DNA of 64,000 nt from a virus. Of the stretch, positions 9,224-18,384 are shown in pieces. The position numbers and the translations under genes are program-made. The notes beneath the pieces are model-generated. The model searched no databases. It was not told where the DNA came from and saw only the letters and a program-made list of their open reading frames with translations. Within the stretch, counting starts at the first letter, position 1; every line of letters starts with the position of its first letter. The stretch covers positions 5,875 through 69,874 of the IMG/VR virus record IMGVR_UViG_3300030943_000008, one strand, 5' to 3'.

Positions 9224-9393
9224 CGGATGTGATCCGTCACGTCGTAGTTTGCGGCGGGCACTTCCAGACCATCAATGAACAGCCGCTCGCCGAGATGGAT
9301 GGCGGCGCGGACGCGCATGTGGCCATATTCGACCGTCAGCGCGTCGTCGAGTTCGGCGATGATATCGCCGCTGGCGTTGCGGAGAAACTTCAT
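9220..9393 (-). CDS. Small hypothetical protein
   Basis: ATGA overlaps at both ends. Confidence 0.5.
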   Translation of the reverse strand: MKFLRNASGDIIAELDDALTVEYGHMRVRAAIHLGERLFIDGLEVPAANYDVTDHIR

Positions 9394-10088
9394 CCGGCGA
9401 CTCCCATCCGCTTCAACTGCTCGACCAGCTTTCCCTTTTCGTGATTGAATCGTTCCACCTCGTTGGACAATTCGCGGATGTAGACCTCGTCCCGATAGAC
9501 GCGGATGTCGAGCGCAGGCATGGACCGGTGGCAGTAGATCGTCAGATCCCACCAGTCCCGCTCACAAATCCACAGGCTCCCTTGAATTTGCGCCCGGTGT
9601 TCCGGCGGCATCGGTGCCGGGCGTTGCAGCATCGGGATCAGGACTTCGGCTTTCGCCGTCTTGATCTCAAGGCCGCCGTCAAATCCCAAAAGGGAATCGG
9701 GACTGGCGCCGCACAATTTCGTTCCTGAAAAATTTCGCACGAACCCGACCCGCCGCGGCTCGACACCCTTGCGCCTGCAATAGGACTGTCGCGCTTCATC
9801 CTCCAGCGCATTACCGCGCTCCATGGCGATTGATCGGAAACCTTCTTCGCCTGGCTGGCCGGTGATGATTTCAGCCGCTAACCGATGCATCAGTTTCGTG
9901 CGCGTGATCGACGCTCCGCCGTCCTTTCCGCTCGCCATGACAGTCGCGAGAACGGACGCAGTGGGGATGCCGAGACGGGCCTCGAACCACTCCGGGGAAC
10001 CCTGTTCAACGTCGATGATCAGCAGTTCGGACTTCGGCGCCGGCGGGGCCTTCTTGGCGGCTGCCGCCGGCTTCGTGCTCTTTGCCAT
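9390..10088 (-). CDS. Lambda-exonuclease / YqaJ family 5'-3' exonuclease
   Basis: QGSPEWFEARLG.PTAS, MERG..LE..AR, ASPD, LEIK, QIQ motifs. Confidence 0.9.
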   Translation of the reverse strand: MAKSTKPAAAAKKAPPAPKSELLIIDVEQGSPEWFEARLGIPTASVLATVMASGKDGGASITRTKLMHRLAAEIITGQPGEEGFRSIAMERGNALEDEARQSYCRRKGVEPRRVGFVRNFSGTKLCGASPDSLLGFDGGLEIKTAKAEVLIPMLQRPAPMPPEHRAQIQGSLWICERDWWDLTIYCHRSMPALDIRVYRDEVYIRELSNEVERFNHEKGKLVEQLKRMGVAG

Positions 10089-10090
10089 GG

Positions 10091-11005
10091 TCAGGCCTTC
10101 CGCTGCTGGTTGGCATGAAACTGCTGGCAATCCTTCTTGGCGACCTCAAACAGATCGGCGGGAAGGTCGGCCAATTTCTTGATGGTGTAGTGCTCAAGGA
10201 ACTTCGCTTTCGGGACACCGCACCATTCGACGAGATCGCGCATTACGATGATCTGTTCTTCGCTGATCGTCTTGCGTTCTTCGACCTCGGCGAACCCGCC
10301 GCCGGCAGCCGGCTTCATATTGCGCTCAATGTGCCCGTCGGTGTCGGCATCTTCGAGCGCCTCGCTGACGATGTTGAGCAGCGCGATCGTGCAATATCGC
10401 TTGCCGTAGGACATAGACGATCCCCAGCCCTGCACGTTGTTCTTGCTGCCCGAGGTTTCCGCCGGAAGCGGGAACGCCGTCGATCGCTGGTGGCCGCCGA
10501 TGTGATCCAGGAAGCCGCGCACCATGATGCGCGCGCCGTCGAGCGCTGGTTCTGTGGCGAACGATAGCGTAAACCCATGCCGCTCGAGCAGCGGCTTGAG
10601 CACCTTCATGATGTTGTTGAAAGTGGCGTACGGTGTCGACTGCTGGACCTTTCCGCTGCGCCCGCCGGCGGCATCCTTCTCGCGTATCTCGATCTTGCCG
10701 TCCCGCTTGATCGCCGGCAGGTCGCGTTGCAGCGCCACGAATGCGGCGTTGAACGCCTTCATGGCGTCGCGGTCCTCTATCTGGCGTTGCATGTCGAGCA
10801 GCGCCTGCATCTTGGCGACATCGGTGCGCGGGTCCGCCGCGGCGCGCGCAATGATGGCGAGGAAGTTGGTCGGCTCCGGGCCGGCCACCACGGCGTGGTC
10901 GGCTGGCGCGGCGACTTCCTGGCTGCGCCTTACCGGCATCGGCCCGCCTTCGCGCCCAGCGGCAACCCGGACGCGATCCTTGGTCTGCGGGGTGATGTCC
11001 TTCAC
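10091..11005 (-). CDS. ERF-family single-strand annealing protein
   Basis: QGWGSSMSYGKRY...DTDG signature. Confidence 0.9.
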   Translation of the reverse strand: MKDITPQTKDRVRVAAGREGGPMPVRRSQEVAAPADHAVVAGPEPTNFLAIIARAAADPRTDVAKMQALLDMQRQIEDRDAMKAFNAAFVALQRDLPAIKRDGKIEIREKDAAGGRSGKVQQSTPYATFNNIMKVLKPLLERHGFTLSFATEPALDGARIMVRGFLDHIGGHQRSTAFPLPAETSGSKNNVQGWGSSMSYGKRYCTIALLNIVSEALEDADTDGHIERNMKPAAGGGFAEVEERKTISEEQIIVMRDLVEWCGVPKAKFLEHYTIKKLADLPADLFEVAKKDCQQFHANQQRKA

Positions 11006-11325
11006 AACCGCGTTCCTTCCGGTGCCTCGACCTCGACCTGCGGATAACCGCTGTTCGGCGAGCGAATGAAAACGGCCTCGATAGACCGACTGCCAGCGTC
11101 GTCGAGCGGCCGCTCCGGATGATCCAGCATCGCGGCCAGCAGTGCGTTCTGGTTCTTCGGGATGTAGGCGACGAACTCGCCGTGGATCCAGACCTGAATC
11201 GCGTTCGGATCGAAGCGATTGGTCGATTCGCGGATGAGCGTCGCGGGGACGCCGGGCTGCAGCGCCTTGACCAGAGCCTCGGTCTTGCGGTGCTCCATGC
11301 CGACCATCGAAAAAGCTTTCTTCAT
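11002..11325 (-). CDS. HIRAN domain protein
   Basis: VGMEH..LIRE..NRFDPNAIQV...VAYIPK. Confidence 0.8.
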   Translation of the reverse strand: MKKAFSMVGMEHRKTEALVKALQPGVPATLIRESTNRFDPNAIQVWIHGEFVAYIPKNQNALLAAMLDHPERPLDDAGSRSIEAVFIRSPNSGYPQVEVEAPEGTRL

Positions 11326-11359
11326 AATCTCAGTTCTCCTGTTGTGGTTTGTCGAATGG

Positions 11360-11575
11360 TTACGCGATTTCCAAAAGAAGGTTGAAGCAGCCCTGAACCT
11401 CGTGCTCGCCGCAGCCTTCGCACTCGTAGTTCTCGGCATCCGGCTCGACGCCGGATGCTTCGAGGCCGCACGCCAGACAGAAGCCGGGATTATCCAGCGT
11501 CATGTTCTGGCGCTCGCACGCGTCCAGCACCGCTTCATCGGTGATGTCCGCGTGCCATTTCTTGCGGGGCATCAT
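11360..11575 (-). CDS. Small zinc-ribbon protein
   Basis: GFCLACG...EPDA..YECEGCG. Confidence 0.7.
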   Translation of the reverse strand: MMPRKKWHADITDEAVLDACERQNMTLDNPGFCLACGLEASGVEPDAENYECEGCGEHEVQGCFNLLLEIA

Positions 11576-11952
11576 GCCAGGCGCTCCGACACCTTGGGCG
11601 CTTTCGTCTCGCCCATGATGAACTGCACGTCGACCACGTCGCCATCCTTGAGCGACGCCCAGTGCTCGATGATGTAGGCATGGGCAACCGCGAACGTGCG
11701 GTCGCCCCAATAGTATGGATCGTTGCTGGCTTTGCTGCCGTCGCCGGACAGCCGGGTGATCAGGATGTTGGGCTTCCCGTCGCAGGGATAGCCGACGCGG
11801 CGGAGAAGCCATCGCTGGTCACGGCTGATGTAGGTTGCTGCGGTTGCGTCGATGATGTCATCAGACGGTTTCGGCGCTACCGGGTTCATATCCACCGCGA
11901 GGATCGCGATGAACGTCATTTCGTCCCGCAGTTCAAGAGCCTTGGCTCGCAT
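11572..11952 (-). CDS. Hypothetical protein
   Basis: RBS AGGAGG; 126 aa. Confidence 0.65.
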   Translation of the reverse strand: MRAKALELRDEMTFIAILAVDMNPVAPKPSDDIIDATAATYISRDQRWLLRRVGYPCDGKPNILITRLSGDGSKASNDPYYWGDRTFAVAHAYIIEHWASLKDGDVVDVQFIMGETKAPKVSERLA

Positions 11953-12178
11953 CTGTCGCCTCCTGTGATTTTGCCAGCGCGGCCGCGAGCGCGGTGCGGG
12001 CACGGTTGAGCCGGGATTTCACGGTGCCGAGCGGCAGACCGAAAAGCTCGGCCGCGGCGGCATAGCCTCCGTCCAAAGACGCAGTGAGAATCTCGACGTG
12101 GTCCTTGGTCAGCCTGGCCGAGCAGGATGCAATCTGCTCGGCCGTGACGGTGCTGGCTGTGCGATAGGCGCGCGTCAC
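11933..12178 (-). CDS. Stand-alone sigma70 region 4-type HTH protein
   Basis: YAAAAELFGLPLGTVKSRLNRAR. Confidence 0.75.
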   Translation of the reverse strand: MTRAYRTASTVTAEQIASCSARLTKDHVEILTASLDGGYAAAAELFGLPLGTVKSRLNRARTALAAALAKSQEATDASQGS

Positions 12179-13095
12179 CGGGTCACGCCTTTGTTGCGTG
12201 TCCCGATCTCGGCGCCGGCCATCTTCTGCCGGTAGTTGCCGACCTTCGCCCAGCCGCGCAGCGCCTTCTCGACCTCGGCGTCGGTGAAGAACGTGAACAG
12301 CTTGATCTTGTCCTCGTCCGTGATGGCGTCGCGGTCGGTCAGCAGCGCGTAGTTTTCCTTCGCGACCGTCAGCGTGACGCCTGCACCGGATTCGTCGTTT
12401 CCGCGGACCCGCGCCATGTCGGCCGGCCGTGCCAAAGTAGCGATGCGGGCTTCCTCCGCACGGGCGAAAGCGGTCTCGGCTTCGACCTGTGCGATGGTTG
12501 CCTGTGCCTGCATTTCCTCTGCGGCTTCGTGCTTCTGTTCGACGATCTCCGGCTTGCGGGCTCGCTCGGCGGCGGCCAACTTTTCCACCGCTTCCGCCGC
12601 AAGCTTGTCGGCCTGCCGCTGCGCTTCTGCCGCCAGCCGGGCCTGCTCTGCCGCGACCCTAGCGCGCTCGGCTTGCTCATGCGCCAGCTTGCGGTCCTGA
12701 AAATCGTTGATGCGTGCCTGCAGGATATCCGAGGCGCCGGCAGCGGCCTTGCGGTCGTTCTTGTTGCGGCGACCAATCTTGTCGCGGAAGCCGAAGAACA
12801 TGGCATCGACGGCCTGCGCGGCGCGCATGTAAGGGTCTTTTTCACTTTCTCGAACGCTCTCGAAACGCCGGTCCAGATCGCGAAATTCCTTGATGACGGT
12901 GCCGCAGTTGAGCGCTGCCTGATCGTCCTCGATCAGCTTGGGCAGGTCGCGCGCCTTGGCGAGCAGTCCCTCGAGTTTCTCGATATCGGGCGCATAGATC
13001 CGCATCATTTCGTCCGCGATCATCTGCGCGGTCGGGATGATCGGGAACGGCGGGTTGTTGTCGGTGCGCAGGATGGCGCGGTCCGTATCGGTCAT
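12175..13095 (-). CDS. Long coiled-coil phage protein of recombination modules
   Basis: DNNPP N-terminus, Ala/Glu-rich coil, AGAEI C-terminus. Confidence 0.7.
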   Translation of the reverse strand: MTDTDRAILRTDNNPPFPIIPTAQMIADEMMRIYAPDIEKLEGLLAKARDLPKLIEDDQAALNCGTVIKEFRDLDRRFESVRESEKDPYMRAAQAVDAMFFGFRDKIGRRNKNDRKAAAGASDILQARINDFQDRKLAHEQAERARVAAEQARLAAEAQRQADKLAAEAVEKLAAAERARKPEIVEQKHEAAEEMQAQATIAQVEAETAFARAEEARIATLARPADMARVRGNDESGAGVTLTVAKENYALLTDRDAITDEDKIKLFTFFTDAEVEKALRGWAKVGNYRQKMAGAEIGTRNKGVTR

Positions 13096-13238
13096 TTCTT
13101 GGTCCTTTTCATTTTTCGGATGTGACGCGCAAAGCCGCGCGACGGGCGGAAGGTCGTTCCCAAAAGCGTTGCAGTGGCCTTACGCATTTCGCGATTGAGC
13201 CAAGCAACATTCTTGCGAGCATTAGAGAAACTGCGCAT
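13092..13238 (-). CDS. Small basic protein
   Basis: 48 aa, Arg/Lys-rich, coupled to the next gene. Confidence 0.4.
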   Translation of the reverse strand: MRSFSNARKNVAWLNREMRKATATLLGTTFRPSRGFARHIRKMKRTKK

Positions 13239-13240
13239 TG

Positions 13241-13384
13241 TCACCACCCGATCAGGCCGACGCCAGCCGCAGCTGCGCCGATCAATCCGGCGAACACGCC
13301 CGCGACGGCCAGAACGGAAACCGCCACGTAGAGGCAAATCCTCTGCGTGGCGTGTGCAATTTTATCGATTTTCAGGATATTCAT
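13241..13384 (-). CDS. Small membrane peptide, first gene of the leftward operon
   Basis: RBS GGAGG; one long hydrophobic segment. Confidence 0.55.
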   Translation of the reverse strand: MNILKIDKIAHATQRICLYVAVSVLAVAGVFAGLIGAAAAGVGLIGW

Positions 13385-13427
13385 TTTGGCCTCCGACCGC
13401 TCCCCGAATGGGACTCGACGCTCGACC

Positions 13428-13496
13428 AATCTAGGGCAAACTATCCCCAAGTCAACACCCTTGAGATATTTTTCTACGCCTGATATAAATTTCCCA
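13428..13496. promoter_or_regulatory. Divergent promoter switch with operator-like site
   Basis: Leftward TTGACT-N16-TAGATT with GGGCAAACTATCCC (13434-13447) in the spacer; rightward TTGAGA-N17-TATAAA ending 6 nt before ATG 13496. Confidence 0.65.
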
Positions 13497-13771
13497 TGTC
13501 AGAAACAGCAATGCGCGCCAATCTCATCGCTCTCGCTCAGGCTTATGCCGAGAATACCGGCAGATCGCTTGCGAGCGTCAGCAAAGAAGTCCATGGGAAC
13601 CAGGCGTTCCTGCTCAGATTCGCGAACAGCGAAATCTCGGTGCGGCTGGATACCTATTTCAAGATCATCAACCGCATCCGGAAGGGCTGGCCGGATCATG
13701 CGCCGTGGCCGGTGACGTCGGCGATCCCGAAATTGGGGAAAATTATCGACGGACCAGTGGATGATGACTAG
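13496..13771 (+). CDS. Cro-like HTH regulator
   Basis: RSLASVSKEVHGNQAFLLRF helix pattern with W P..PWP tail; located at the divergence point. Confidence 0.65.
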   Translation: MSETAMRANLIALAQAYAENTGRSLASVSKEVHGNQAFLLRFANSEISVRLDTYFKIINRIRKGWPDHAPWPVTSAIPKLGKIIDGPVDDD

Positions 13772-13803
13772 CCACAGATTTCTGAATCATTTACAAATCG
13801 GGA

Positions 13804-14013
13804 ATGGCAAATTTTTCCGACGATCAGGAACAGGTGGTTTGGTTGAGCATCCCGGTCTCACGCGAGACTGCGGAAATGTTGATCGACCTCGCTGATAATT
13901 GCCACGCCGAGCCGCAGGCTATTGCAGCATCCTTGCTCCGAGACATTCTCGCTGACGACGCCGAAGCCCACCGCCCAGAATGGTCGATCATCGATATCCG
14001 GCATCTGCATTGA
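13804..14013 (+). CDS. Small ribbon-helix-helix-like protein
   Basis: Beta strand (WLSIPVS) followed by two helices. Confidence 0.45.
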   Translation: MANFSDDQEQVVWLSIPVSRETAEMLIDLADNCHAEPQAIAASLLRDILADDAEAHRPEWSIIDIRHLH

Positions 14014-14038
14014 ACCCTGAAACCCCAAGGAGACCACG

Positions 14039-14527
14039 ATGGCACGTCCGAAAAAGACCGCTCCGGCGGCAGAGAAGAAACCCCGCGGTCGCGCGGCCGG
14101 CGGTGGCTCCAAGAAAACGGAAGCCGCGACCGTCACCGAAGCAATCAAGATGATTCCGGCCAAGAAGCTGGCGGCGCTGATGGCGTCGGGGCGGAAGTCG
14201 TATCAGGAAACCCGTTCTATCTCCGGCGAGTTCGGCGCCGAGGTCAAGGAAGCGGCGGAGAACGACCATCTGCACAAGAAGGCCTTCGCGGTGACGCGGT
14301 CACTTGATCGGATGGAGCCCGAGAAATTGACCGATTTCTTCGCGCACTTCGACTATTACTGCGATAGCACCGGCCTACGGAAGCGCGCCGGCTCGGTGAT
14401 GCGAATGCCGCTGAACGACGGCCCCGGCGAGACTGCGGCTGCGGCCAGTGACTTCGAGGAAGGCGACCCCGCCGATCGCACCGGAAGCGTTCTGCCGTTC
14501 GCCGGCAACGGCTCCCGTCCGCATTAA
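14039..14527 (+). CDS. Basic DNA-binding protein, possibly distant GapR-like
   Basis: RBS AAGGAG; basic N-terminus and helical core. Confidence 0.6.
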   Translation: MARPKKTAPAAEKKPRGRAAGGGSKKTEAATVTEAIKMIPAKKLAALMASGRKSYQETRSISGEFGAEVKEAAENDHLHKKAFAVTRSLDRMEPEKLTDFFAHFDYYCDSTGLRKRAGSVMRMPLNDGPGETAAAASDFEEGDPADRTGSVLPFAGNGSRPH

Positions 14528-14542
14528 CGTCAGGCCACGATC

Positions 14543-15040
14543 ATGAGCGCCGTCGAACAACCGTTGCCCGGCTTCGACGGCGCTTTGATTCCGGGGCCTG
14601 TGTTCTTTTCCATGACGCTGCTGGGGGATCCCGGCCACAAGGGCCGCCATCGATCCCGGATCGTTTATCCCCGAGGCGGGAAGCCCTTCGTCCACATCTA
14701 CCCTGACCCCGCTACCGAGGCGACGGAGAAGGTTCTGGCTGAGGTCGCCCGGCTGCGGATGCGCGCCAGGCCGCCCTCTGAGCGCCCCCTGTGCGTCCTT
14801 GTGATCGCAGATCGGCGCATCCCCGCCAGTTGGTCGCCGCGTGATCGCCAGGCAGCCATAGAGGGCAGACTGATGCCGACGCCGCGTCCCGATATTGACA
14901 ACCACGCCAAGCTTTTGGATTCCTTGAATGGCATCGTTTACCGGGACGATGCGCAGATTTGCGACCTGCGCGCGATCAAACGGTATTCCGCCAGCCCGGC
15001 TTACACGGTTGAGGTCCGCGAATTTTTGCCGCCGATCTAA
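14543..15040 (+). CDS. rusA: RusA-family Holliday junction resolvase
   Basis: PDIDN..K..DSLNG..YRDDAQI motif. Confidence 0.88.
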   Translation: MSAVEQPLPGFDGALIPGPVFFSMTLLGDPGHKGRHRSRIVYPRGGKPFVHIYPDPATEATEKVLAEVARLRMRARPPSERPLCVLVIADRRIPASWSPRDRQAAIEGRLMPTPRPDIDNHAKLLDSLNGIVYRDDAQICDLRAIKRYSASPAYTVEVREFLPPI

Positions 15041-15177
15041 AATCTTCGGTTCCTTGTGCCGACCCCCTGCGCCGACCACCAGCCGTAGCAGTTTGCCAGA
15101 AATAATTATCTCTCGCCATCGTGGACATCCGCCCCGGACTCGCTATAGCGTCGGGCCAGATCAGGAAATTCAAAATC

Positions 15178-15870
15178 ATGATAGGCAATCGCCGCGACTC
15201 AGATCGCGCACTTCGCGTGCCGCGGAATGTCCGCAACAAGATGGACGGCGTGAAGTTCTTGCTGTCGCTGAAGGACGAGGAAGCAAAGCTGGCGATCCTG
15301 GACGCGCAGTACCGCGGCGTTCTGGACCAGCTCGCCTTTGGCAACGAGGGCGCCCGGCAGACAGAGCGCGCCAAGCTGCCGCAGATGACGGACGACACGA
15401 TTGCTTTTTTCGTCGAGCAGATCGCGCGCGTTTTGAAACCGTCGGGCCATCTGTTGTTCTGGACCGACAAATTCTCGATCGGGAGCGGCCATCATCTCCG
15501 CTATTTCCGCCGCACGCCGCAGATGCAGATCGTCGACCTGATCCACTGGAACAAACTGCACTTCGGGATGGGGCGGCGATCGCGCGGCGTCTCGGAATAT
15601 CTGCTGGTGATCCAAAAGCGGCCGACGCTGGCGAAGAACATCTGGACCGACAATTCGATACGGGACTCGTGGGCGGAGTCCGCGAATAGCAACATCCACC
15701 CGCACGCCAAGCCGTTCGCGCTGATGGAGCGGCTGATCCGCGCGACGACAAAATCTGGGGATTTGGTGATTGATCCGTGCGCGGGAGGTTACGGTACCTT
15801 GGAAGCGTGCCGCCTTACGAACCGCCAGTTCGCCGGATGCGACATCTTCATGGAAGGGGAAACGACGTGA
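15178..15870 (+). CDS. N6A/N4C DNA methyltransferase (beta class)
   Basis: Motif IV variant DAQY; HPHAKP..LMERLI; motif I VIDPCAGGYGT. Confidence 0.82.
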   Translation: MIGNRRDSDRALRVPRNVRNKMDGVKFLLSLKDEEAKLAILDAQYRGVLDQLAFGNEGARQTERAKLPQMTDDTIAFFVEQIARVLKPSGHLLFWTDKFSIGSGHHLRYFRRTPQMQIVDLIHWNKLHFGMGRRSRGVSEYLLVIQKRPTLAKNIWTDNSIRDSWAESANSNIHPHAKPFALMERLIRATTKSGDLVIDPCAGGYGTLEACRLTNRQFAGCDIFMEGETT

Positions 15871-16073
15871 CATCATCCGTATCAGGCATTCATGCCATCC
15901 CGGATCACCTGTTCTGGTTGATCGGAAAGGGCAGGCAACAGCCCTCCGAACCGCTCTATGCCATCCAAATCATAGATCCGGAATCTGGCGTCGTGATCGC
16001 GGAAAGGGAAGGAGAGACGCTGGATATCGCGATCGCGGCCGCGCTGGCCGATCTCAAGAAGGACGCCTCCTGA
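15867..16073 (+). CDS. Hypothetical protein
   Basis: GTGA overlap; 68 aa. Confidence 0.55.
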   Translation: MTSSVSGIHAIPDHLFWLIGKGRQQPSEPLYAIQIIDPESGVVIAEREGETLDIAIAAALADLKKDAS

Positions 16074-16273
16074 TGGGCAGAGATTACCGGGCCTCAGAAC
16101 TCGCTCAGCGCGGCAAAGCCCGCCGTGCCTTGGCATTGGAGCGCATCGACGCCGAAGGCCCTCAGGCGCCCCGCCAGGCTGCCGCAGGGGCTACTTCATT
16201 CCCGGTCAAGGTGACTGATCCCGCTACGGCCGAACTGATCGCGGCGGCGCTCGCAAAGAGGGGGAAATCCTGA
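16073..16273 (+). CDS. Hypothetical protein
   Basis: TGATG coupling at both ends. Confidence 0.55.
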   Translation: MGRDYRASELAQRGKARRALALERIDAEGPQAPRQAAAGATSFPVKVTDPATAELIAAALAKRGKS

Positions 16274-16836
16274 TGGCACCGTATCCATATGACGACGGCC
16301 TCGACGTCGAAGGATATCCGATCAGTTCCGTGCGTGGGCTTTCTTACGTCCGCGGCTCCGAGGATGACGCCGGCGATGCGCAGATGAATCCAGTCGGCCG
16401 GTCGCTTGCCCCGGTGGTGCAGCGTGCTCGCCATTTCAGCGAGATCACCGGCAGTTGCGATAGCCCGATAGAAGATCAGATGGGCGCCGCTCTGCTGATG
16501 GTTTTTGCCCGTAACAGCCAGAATCTTGTGCTGCAGAAAAATGCGGGCGACGATTCCGCTGCGTTGATCCTGGTCCCGCAGTTCGCATGGTCCTTTTACC
16601 GATCTGATTGGGCGGTCTATTCGCCACAGACGGGCGCTGCGGTGCTCGTCGAGTGCGACGGCAAGGATTTCCACTCATCGGAGGAACAGCGCGCCCACGA
16701 CGCCCGGAAGGACGCCGCGGCGGCCCTGCGAGGGTACCGGACAATTCGGTTCGCCGGATCGCAGATACACGCCGACGCAGACGGCTGCGCTGATCGCGTA
16801 TTTGAAATCGTGTCCCGTGGGACAGTGGGACAATGA
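16273..16836 (+). CDS. DUF559/Vsr-like endonuclease
   Basis: SPIE..., YRSDW, VECDGKDFH, D.RKD, GYRTIRFAGSQI. Confidence 0.8.
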   Translation: MAPYPYDDGLDVEGYPISSVRGLSYVRGSEDDAGDAQMNPVGRSLAPVVQRARHFSEITGSCDSPIEDQMGAALLMVFARNSQNLVLQKNAGDDSAALILVPQFAWSFYRSDWAVYSPQTGAAVLVECDGKDFHSSEEQRAHDARKDAAAALRGYRTIRFAGSQIHADADGCADRVFEIVSRGTVGQ

Positions 16837-17136
16837 GCGAAAACAGCACCCCCATTTGCGATTTGATCGAGGCGCTATTGTCCCAAGGACTGTCCCCGGG
16901 ACAGGTGCTCGAACAGGCTCGTAAAATTGAGGTCGTGCTGTTTCGACCCGCTAGGTCTAGTGGGTCAATTGAGGAACGGCGCGAGCGGGAGCGGGTGCGC
17001 AAAGCTGACTATCGGGCGAAGATGTCCCAAAATGTCCCGGGGACAGGATTGAACGCTCTATCTATCTCTAAGAGTAAGATAGTAGATAAGAAAGAAGTAG
17101 AAGATAGAGCCGACTGTCCCACTGTCCCACGGGACA
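16811..17136. repeat. Putative replication origin with iterons
   Basis: 12 TGTCCC/GGGACA hexamers in four clusters flanking an A-rich tract (about 17057-17108). Confidence 0.75.
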
Positions 17137-17582
17137 AAAAAAGGACAACAGGGACGGCTCTCCCCAATGGTTGGCTGCCCGATGCTGCCGATTATGCCTA
17201 CGGCGCGAAGATTGGATTGACCAATCCGGAGGTCGATGCGCTTGCCGAGGATATGCGGCTTTGGGCGAAAGCGAATGCCAACCGCGCGGTCGGACGTAAG
17301 GCAGATTGGCGGTCGACATTCCATGGTTGGATGCGCCGCGAAGCGCCAAAAATTGTAAGACAGAGAGGATTTTCCAATGGGAACGCAGGTTACGGTAATC
17401 GAACCGATCCCACAGCCGGACGTGCGACGGCCCGCGAAGCTCAGCATGTTGCCACAGTGGGTAGCGCAGCGCTCCGCTACCTTGAAGAAGGAAAGTCAGC
17501 CCGATCGGGAGGGGGTGCGGCGAATAGTGCCGGTGCTGCCGGCCTCTTTGATCTTGGACCGGGCGCAAAAGATCGCGGTTGA
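16833..17582 (+). CDS. Replication initiator protein
   Basis: RERKADYRAK-type segment, internal iterons, LPNGWLP...KADWRSTFHGWMR C-terminal domain. Confidence 0.75.
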   Translation: MSENSTPICDLIEALLSQGLSPGQVLEQARKIEVVLFRPARSSGSIEERRERERVRKADYRAKMSQNVPGTGLNALSISKSKIVDKKEVEDRADCPTVPRDKKRTTGTALPNGWLPDAADYAYGAKIGLTNPEVDALAEDMRLWAKANANRAVGRKADWRSTFHGWMRREAPKIVRQRGFSNGNAGYGNRTDPTAGRATAREAQHVATVGSAALRYLEEGKSARSGGGAANSAGAAGLFDLGPGAKDRG

Positions 17583-18009
17583 AAGCCATGTGCGGGAACT
17601 GAACGCTGTCTTGGCGATGACGCCGGAGGAAGATACGGCGCACGGTGAGCTCACGATGATGACGGTTACGAAGATGATGCTGGTCCTGCCGAGCCGGGAG
17701 ACTGGCGACCTGGCCGGCGAGGCGCGCGGTGAGGCCTACATGGCGGCGCTCGAAGATGTGCCGAGCTGGGCCGTGCAGGAGGCTATGCGGCACTGGCACC
17801 GCGGCGAGTGCGGCGCGAAATACGATTACAAATGGCAGCCAGCGCCGGCCACGTTGCGCGAACTGGCGATGGTCGAGGTCTATCGCGTGATGGGCGTTCG
17901 CCGCCAGCTCAATGATCTGCTGCTGGCTGAACCGTTGATCGTGTTCGACGAAGAACACTGCAAGCGCATGATGGCGCTGGTTAGAAATCCATCGACAAGG
18001 ACCATGTGA
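17377..18009 (+). CDS. Putative helicase loader / replication accessory protein
   Basis: AYMAALEDVPSWAV..A..W...W.PAPATL motif; follows the initiator with a 206-nt overlap. Confidence 0.6.
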   Translation: MGTQVTVIEPIPQPDVRRPAKLSMLPQWVAQRSATLKKESQPDREGVRRIVPVLPASLILDRAQKIAVESHVRELNAVLAMTPEEDTAHGELTMMTVTKMMLVLPSRETGDLAGEARGEAYMAALEDVPSWAVQEAMRHWHRGECGAKYDYKWQPAPATLRELAMVEVYRVMGVRRQLNDLLLAEPLIVFDEEHCKRMMALVRNPSTRTM

Positions 18010-18365
18010 TGCCCCGCGATTTCAGCGATCCATGGGATCCAGAGGACGTGTTTGATCGCGCTGCGGCGGCTGAGTATCGCCGGGAGCGGGCGGCGAAGAT
18101 GGAAGCGGCTGAGGCGGAAGCCCGCGCTGAGAAGGCCAGAGAGGCTGCCCAAGCCACAGAGGTGGCCACCAGGCGCGTTGCGCACGGGGAGCGCATGATC
18201 AGGGCGGAATACGAAGCGAAGGGTCTGGAGCCTCCTGAGGGCTCGCTGGTGTCGCTTTCGCTGCTGCTGTCTATGGGCTGGCGGATATCGGAGGAATCCG
18301 GGGTTCCGAAGCTGGTCCGGCCGGTCATTGAGAAGCGCCGGACGCGGGCCGATTACGGCACATAA
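18006..18365 (+). CDS. Hypothetical protein
   Basis: Coupled ORF. Confidence 0.6.
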   Translation: MMPRDFSDPWDPEDVFDRAAAAEYRRERAAKMEAAEAEARAEKAREAAQATEVATRRVAHGERMIRAEYEAKGLEPPEGSLVSLSLLLSMGWRISEESGVPKLVRPVIEKRRTRADYGT

Positions 18366-18384
18366 AATTCCCGAAAAATTCCCC

